Of a DNA stretch of 64,000 nt, positions 58,737 to 64,000 are shown in pieces. The stretch comes from Candidatus Uhrbacteria bacterium. GTDB taxonomy: Bacteria; Patescibacteriota; Patescibacteriia; GWA2-47-26. Position 1 is the stretch's first letter, and each line of letters begins with the position of its first letter. The translations under genes were made by a program, and so were the position numbers. The notes under the pieces were generated by a model. That model had not been told where the DNA came from. It made no database searches and worked only from the letters and a program-made list of their open reading frames with translations. The DNA lies in contig JACPJN010000009.1 of assembly GCA_016187515.1 (NCBI GenBank), positions 68,891-132,890 of the forward strand, in the 5' to 3' direction.

Positions 58737-60933
58737 AATTGTTTGCCGGCTTCTTGCTTTGCTTCCTTAATACTTGTATCTCGTCTCTCAAGATTGCCGC
58801 CAATTCAAACTGCAGCAAATTTGCCGCCTCGCGCATTTGTTTTTCCTTTTCGCGAATCAAGTCATCCGCGCGTCCGCCCTTCGCTTGTGTTTCAAGCTCC
58901 AGCGCTTTTTTCGCCAATTCTTCCTCTTTTCGTTTGGTCAGGCCTTCCGTAATGTCTTTGATGGCTTTTTTAATTGTGCGCGGGGTAATGCCGTGCGCTT
59001 TATTGTAAGCCATTTGCAATTTGCGCCGCCGATCGGTTTCCCGAATTGCCCGCGTGATTGAGCCGGTCATCTGGTCTGCATAAAGCACGACTTGCCCATG
59101 CACATTGCGCGCCGCGCGACCAATGGTCTGGATTAGCGAGGTTTCACTGCGCAAAAATCCTTCTTTATCCGCGTCTAAAATTGCCACGAGCGACACCTCG
59201 GGCAAATCCAGTCCTTCGCGGAGCAAGTTTACACCCACCAATACATCAAATTTACCGCGCCGAAAATCGGTGAGAATCGTAATGCGATCCAGCGTGTCCA
59301 CATCAGAATGCAAATATTGCACTTTTATTTTTAAATCGGCAAGATATTCAGTTAAATCCTCGGCCATTTTCTTGGTCAGGGTGGTTACCATCACCCGCTC
59401 ATGCCTTTTCACACGCTCCTTTACGCGCGCCATCAAATCCTCCACCTGGGATTTAGAAGCCATGGTTACGCCATGACTACGCAATGTCACGCCAGTTGGC
59501 GTCTTGTGGCGTAGTGATGGCGTTTTTGTGGCCTCTACCGCCCCAGTTATAGGGCGTACAATAATTTCTGGATCAACCAGTCCGGTCGGCCGAATAATTT
59601 GCTCCACCACGCCATTTGCTCTTTGCTCTTTGCTCTTGGCCAATTCATATGTTCCTGGCGTGGCCGAAGTATAAATCGTCTGCGGCATACGCGCCTCAAA
59701 TTCCTCAAATTTAAGCGGCCGATTATCAATCGCGCTCGGCAGGCGGAACCCATATTCGATAAGCGCCTGTTTGCGGCTGCGATCACCTTCGTACATCCCC
59801 TGGATCTGGGGAAGCGTTACGTGGGATTCGTCAATAACTAGGAGCCAATCATTAGCACGCTGTCCCCCTCCCCTAACCCCTCCCACCAAGGGAGGGGGAT
59901 TTGTTGTTCCTCCCTCTCCCCTTGTGGGAGAGGGTTGGGGTGAGGGGTAACGCGTGAAATAATCCAACAACGTCTTTGCCGGCTCTCCGGGCGCGCGGCC
60001 ATCAAAATGCCGCGAGTAATTTTCAATGCCATGACAAAATCCAACTTGTGCAATCATTTCCAAATCATAACGCGTGCGCCGTTCCAGCCGCTCGGCTTCC
60101 AGCAGTTTTCCGGTTTTATTAAAATACGCTAACCGATCTTTAAGCTCGGCGCGGATGTCTTTGATGGCGCGCTTGACTTGCGGTTCATCCGCCACATAAT
60201 GTTTGGTTGGAAAAATCCACACCGAGTCCACTTTTTCACGCACTTTTCGGGTTACCGGATCAATCATAATAATCTCCCCGACTTCCTGCGCGCTTAAATC
60301 CACGCGATAAATCATATCGTGATTGGAAGGCATGACTTCAAAAGTTTGTCCCCTCATCCTAAACATTCCACGTTTTACTTCAGCATTCGTACGCGCATAT
60401 TGCATTTTGGTCAGCGTTTTCAAAATATCTACGCGCCCAATAACTTGCCCACGCGTCAATTTCATGGACATTTTCTCATACGTCTCCGGCGATCCAATGT
60501 TGTAAATGCACGAAACCGAGGCCACAATAATTACATCGCGCCGGGTAAGTAGCGCTTGTGTTGCCGCGTGCCGCAACCGATCAATTTCTTCATTAATCAT
60601 GGCTTCTTTTTCAATATAAGTATCCGTGCGCGGCAAATACGCCTCCGGCTGATAGTAATCGTAGTAGGACACAAAATACTCCACCGCGCTGTCCGGAAAA
60701 AACTCCCGATATTCATTGCAAAGCTGGGCCGCCAGCGTCTTGTTATGCGCAATGACTAAAGTCGGCCGCTGGACTTTTTCAATCACATTAGCAATACTGA
60801 AAGTTTTTCCACTGCCCGTAACACCAAGCAAGGTTTGATGCGCGTCGCCACGCTCAAGTCCATCCACGAGTTGCTTAATCGCCCGCGGCTGGTCACCTGC
60901 CGGCTTGAATTTACTTCTGATCCTAAATTTCAT
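58726..60933 (-). CDS. uvrB: Excinuclease ABC subunit B
   Basis: GDQP, GVTGSGKT, FVSYYDYYQPEAY, DESH, NLLREGLD, QTIGRAARN. Confidence 0.98.
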   Translation of the reverse strand: MKFRIRSKFKPAGDQPRAIKQLVDGLERGDAHQTLLGVTGSGKTFSIANVIEKVQRPTLVIAHNKTLAAQLCNEYREFFPDSAVEYFVSYYDYYQPEAYLPRTDTYIEKEAMINEEIDRLRHAATQALLTRRDVIIVASVSCIYNIGSPETYEKMSMKLTRGQVIGRVDILKTLTKMQYARTNAEVKRGMFRMRGQTFEVMPSNHDMIYRVDLSAQEVGEIIMIDPVTRKVREKVDSVWIFPTKHYVADEPQVKRAIKDIRAELKDRLAYFNKTGKLLEAERLERRTRYDLEMIAQVGFCHGIENYSRHFDGRAPGEPAKTLLDYFTRYPSPQPSPTRGEGGTTNPPPLVGGVRGGGQRANDWLLVIDESHVTLPQIQGMYEGDRSRKQALIEYGFRLPSAIDNRPLKFEEFEARMPQTIYTSATPGTYELAKSKEQRANGVVEQIIRPTGLVDPEIIVRPITGAVEATKTPSLRHKTPTGVTLRSHGVTMASKSQVEDLMARVKERVKRHERVMVTTLTKKMAEDLTEYLADLKIKVQYLHSDVDTLDRITILTDFRRGKFDVLVGVNLLREGLDLPEVSLVAILDADKEGFLRSETSLIQTIGRAARNVHGQVVLYADQMTGSITRAIRETDRRRKLQMAYNKAHGITPRTIKKAIKDITEGLTKRKEEELAKKALELETQAKGGRADDLIREKEKQMREAANLLQFELAAILRDEIQVLRKQSKKPANNSPS
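59864..59947. repeat. Family A element, in frame in uvrB
   Basis: Peptide PSPQPSPTRGEGGTTNPPPLVGGVRGGG. Confidence 0.9.
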
Positions 60934-60935
60934 AC

Positions 60936-61027
60936 TGTGTACGAATTACGAATCTTGCACGAATACTACAAATTTGATCAACTACGTATTCGTGATATTC
61001 GCAATGTTATTCGTTAATTCGTACACA
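60936..61027. repeat. ACGAAT/ATTCGT inverted-repeat element abutting uvrB start
   Basis: 13-bp perfect ends TGTGTACGAATTA / TAATTCGTACACA. Confidence 0.8.
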
Positions 61028-61177
61028 AAACAAATTCCCCCCAGCGGCCTACTCCACTAGGGGTCAACTGAACAAAACAACTATACCACACGCAATAAAA
61101 AAATCAAGGGCGTCTCCTGTGCGGTCGCGTGCCGAACAAAAAACGCCCTTCCTACGCACGATACGCCGGAGGCGCGG

Positions 61178-61621
61178 CTACGCGGTGAACTTCGACAAGA
61201 TGACACCGCTTTCCACTAAGATTTGCGTAAACGAAGGATTGACCGCGAGATACGCGTCCAGCAGCTCGCGACAGCGAGGCCAGGTTTGCACGCTCATCTG
61301 AATGACGGACGCGTCCCTCTTCTGGCGGTTGTTGAGGGCTTGGCCGGTAACAACGCATGCCACAAGACCGATAAAACCGGCCCCGATCAAGGAAAGAGCG
61401 CCGACAAGCCAAGTGGGCTTCAATCCTGTGAAAATCGTTAGGCAGCAACCCAATATCAATATGGCGAACATCGCCGCCACCATACCAAACCCATTGTTCC
61501 AACCTTCACGGCGGCGCATCCGGAGGATGAGGTTGACGAGTCCCGCCACCCGCTCTCGCTCCGGCGCGGAAAGGTCATCCACGCGAACGATCGCCTGGCT
61601 TCCCAGGGTCAAATGAACCAT
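61178..61621 (-). CDS. Hypothetical two-TM membrane protein
   Basis: AAGGAGG RBS, TTGACA promoter near 61692. Confidence 0.65.
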   Translation of the reverse strand: MVHLTLGSQAIVRVDDLSAPERERVAGLVNLILRMRRREGWNNGFGMVAAMFAILILGCCLTIFTGLKPTWLVGALSLIGAGFIGLVACVVTGQALNNRQKRDASVIQMSVQTWPRCRELLDAYLAVNPSFTQILVESGVILSKFTA

Positions 61622-61710
61622 GATTTCCTCCTTGGCAAAATTGCCAGAACCATTCCGGCAATACTTCGTTTATACATTAGGGGTTAAAAGGTGTCAAGGC
61701 AGCTGAATAA

Positions 61711-62232
61711 TCACTCAAATCGCACCGGCACCACCACTTTATCAATCTCACTCCCGTCTTGCGGCGAATTTTGAAAGACCTCCAGTACACCGGAACTGGT
61801 GCGCGGGGTGTCAAAAATAAGTTCGGCGCGATACGGGCCGTGAATTCCTAAATCCGGCGCAGTGCCGGTCACGGCCACTTTAGCGAGTTCACGGCCGCCA
61901 GCATCTTTCAGCCGCACGACTACATTCTGTTCAAAAGTCCGCTCCAATCCCTCAACCACCAGCGGGCTTGCCACCAAAGCGTTCGGTCTTGGCGCGCGCA
62001 CGGAAATATTATTACTGGCCGACCAAATCTCGTCGCTGGCGCCATCTTCAAACGTCTCCGGCAAAGGCGGCGTGGAGATGGTCAGTTCAATCGGCGCGCG
62101 AACATTGAGCGCCGTGGAAGCAACAAAACCGCTGACTAACCCAACTAGGAGTGCGGCCAGCACTCCTTTCCACCTGGTTGAACCTCTTTTGCGCGGCGCA
62201 AAGGCGCGCGAACCATAGGCCCTCATAATCAT
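61711..62232 (-). CDS. Gmad2 immunoglobulin-like domain protein
   Basis: NISVRAPRPN..VASPL.V.G..RTFE, G.LEVF..SPQDG; start uncertain. Confidence 0.75.
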   Translation of the reverse strand: MIMRAYGSRAFAPRKRGSTRWKGVLAALLVGLVSGFVASTALNVRAPIELTISTPPLPETFEDGASDEIWSASNNISVRAPRPNALVASPLVVEGLERTFEQNVVVRLKDAGGRELAKVAVTGTAPDLGIHGPYRAELIFDTPRTSSGVLEVFQNSPQDGSEIDKVVVPVRFE

Positions 62233-62654
62233 CAAAACATGATGCTCGCAAGCGCCCAAGCCCCATCCTCGTTTATCGCCCAAAGCGCGAGCATCCCGAC
62301 AAAATACAAGAATGCCAATTCCCAGCCCTGCTGAAATTTTTGCCCCCGATGCGCGGAAAGCATCACCAGGATAAAGTATCCGGCTAAGAGCAGCGCCACC
62401 GGATGAACAAACAGTCCAACAATAAGAAGTAACGAGCCCGCGAATTCAAGCAGCCCGGCCAGAAGCGCGAAAATTCTCGGAGCCGGCCATTTAAGCGAGG
62501 CGACGTAACCGGAAAACTGCGCGAAATTCTTGAACAGCTTCGGATAACCATGGCTGATCAGACCAAGGCCCAATCCGACCCGCAGAATAAATGGCGCCCA
62601 TTCACTGAAATTACCCTGTCCAGAAACGAATAAGGTGTTTAAAACTTCGGTCAT
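62232..62654 (-). CDS. DoxX family membrane protein
   Basis: LRVGLG...HGYPK, EFAGSLLLIVGLF, GWE. Confidence 0.88.
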   Translation of the reverse strand: MTEVLNTLFVSGQGNFSEWAPFILRVGLGLGLISHGYPKLFKNFAQFSGYVASLKWPAPRIFALLAGLLEFAGSLLLIVGLFVHPVALLLAGYFILVMLSAHRGQKFQQGWELAFLYFVGMLALWAINEDGAWALASIMF

Positions 62655-62658
62655 AAGC

Positions 62659-63798
62659 TCACCTCCTTTGCAAATTTGATATCCGCACTCCGATTAAACG
62701 GATCAACCGCGTTTTCTTCAAATATGGAATGAGAAGCTTAAGCGCCTCCCGTTTAAGTATTGTACCATCGGCGCTAAAATGCCGCAAGGTGTACGCGGCA
62801 GTATGGGTCTCAAAATTCTCAAACCGCACCCGCATGGTAATCGTACGAAATTGCACGCTTTCCTTTCGCGCCTCATCCATCACCTCATCACACAACTCCA
62901 TAAGTGTGCGCGTCAAAAGGGCTTGGTCCCGTGTGTCAGCCGCAAACGTAGTTTCATGGCCCACGGATTTTGCCTCATATTCCTCAACCACCGGAGAATC
63001 ATCCCGGCCATGCGCGCGGTCAAACAACTCATCACTGCGCGGCAGAGACACCCTCAAGTCCCGAATGGTTTTAATCCCCTGCCGCGCGAGCTGCGCCTCG
63101 GTTTTAGGCCCAATTCCGGGCAATCGGCGCACCGGCAATGGATCTAAAAATTCCTGCACGCGCTCGGGCGTGACCACTGTCAACCCGTCCGGCTTTTTAA
63201 AATCCGAAGCAATTTTGGCAATCAATTTATTTGGTCCGATTCCAATCGAGCAAGTCAATCGTTCGCGCTTCAAAATCTCCATCTTAATCTTTCTCGCAAT
63301 CCTCTCCGCCTCCTCCAACGCATTTCCATAATTCATGATTCGTAATTCATGCTTCATCAACTCAACATACGCTTCGTCCACGGACACCTGTTCCATTGGC
63401 ACACCCCCTCTAACTCCCCCTCGAAGAGGGGGAGAAACGAAACGATTTCCCCCCCTGCCCGAGGGGGGGTGCGGGGGGGTGGGAGCGACCGCGCACTCAA
63501 CCACTTCCTTTACCACCTTCATAATCCGCTCCGACACAATCCCATACAACTTCCCATCCACCGGCAAATACGCGCACTGCGGCGCCGAGCATAATTTCCA
63601 AGCGCGAGAAATCGGCATGGCGCTATGAATTCCAAATTTCCGCGCGGCATAATTTGCCGTCGACACCACGCCGCGGCCTTGGCCTTCCTTCGGATCAGCG
63701 CCTACCACAATGGGGCACCCCTTAAGTTCCGGATGCTCCCTTTCCTCCACTGCCGCAAAAAACGCGTCCATGTCAATATGTAATATTATACGCGCCAT
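62659..63798 (-). CDS. dinB: DNA polymerase IV
   Basis: LHIDMDAFFAAVE, NYAARKFGIHSAMP, SVDEAY, KIASDFKKPDG, LPGIGPKT. Confidence 0.96.
   Translation of the reverse strand: MARIILHIDMDAFFAAVEEREHPELKGCPIVVGADPKEGQGRGVVSTANYAARKFGIHSAMPISRAWKLCSAPQCAYLPVDGKLYGIVSERIMKVVKEVVECAVAPTPPHPPSGRGGNRFVSPPLRGGVRGGVPMEQVSVDEAYVELMKHELRIMNYGNALEEAERIARKIKMEILKRERLTCSIGIGPNKLIAKIASDFKKPDGLTVVTPERVQEFLDPLPVRRLPGIGPKTEAQLARQGIKTIRDLRVSLPRSDELFDRAHGRDDSPVVEEYEAKSVGHETTFAADTRDQALLTRTLMELCDEVMDEARKESVQFRTITMRVRFENFETHTAAYTLRHFSADGTILKREALKLLIPYLKKTRLIRLIGVRISNLQRR
63402..63486. repeat. Family A2 element, in frame in dinB
   Basis: Peptide [29 protein letters not shown] just before EQVSVDE. Confidence 0.9.
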
Positions 63799-64000
63799 AT
63801 ACAACAAAACCCCTTCAAACTGATTCAAAAAATCAAAAGGGCAAAGATACAAAGAGTTTAGGTTTTTGACTTGCCTGCCCCGCACCAAGCTACGCTTTGG
63901 TGCTGGGGCGGAGGCGGAAGACAAACCGGTTGACAGGATACCACCTGCTCTCTGGCTTCGCCCAGTTGCGGCGCAGCCACAACCCGTCCTCATTGCGCGC

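Overview
Bacterial chromosomal window, probably Patescibacteria/CPR (inferred from gene content and order; not verified). Two housekeeping blocks (about 0.4-8.7 kb: murC, glyA, folD, cutA, dnaB, recR; about 39.5-64 kb: wecA-like, clp, ABC-F, tgt, HigBA-like TA, ftsL-like, rsmH, mraZ, ECF sigma, uvrC/A/B, dinB) flank a ~30 kb accessory region. Main signal: a GC-rich palindromic repeat family (family A, about 21 loci) flanks both DUF559 endonuclease genes and is inserted in frame 15 times in conserved genes. At one DUF559 gene the repeat supplies the start and stop codons. This suggests a nuclease plus cognate-repeat mobile system, analogous to RAYT/REP but with a different enzyme. Several other short repeat/MITE families do the same; murC alone carries four kinds. 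The accessory region holds a graspetide (ATP-grasp RiPP) cluster with two precursors, twin TrmB-like regulators, Cys-rich lipoproteins, a run of single-gene cassettes joined by a conserved terminator-promoter sequence, a divergent type II GAPDH-like gene, nadD, prs, and a GAU-anticodon tRNA with a G3:U70 pair. All family assignments come from motif recognition by eye; no database searches were run. Several starts were moved downstream of the ORF-track starts.
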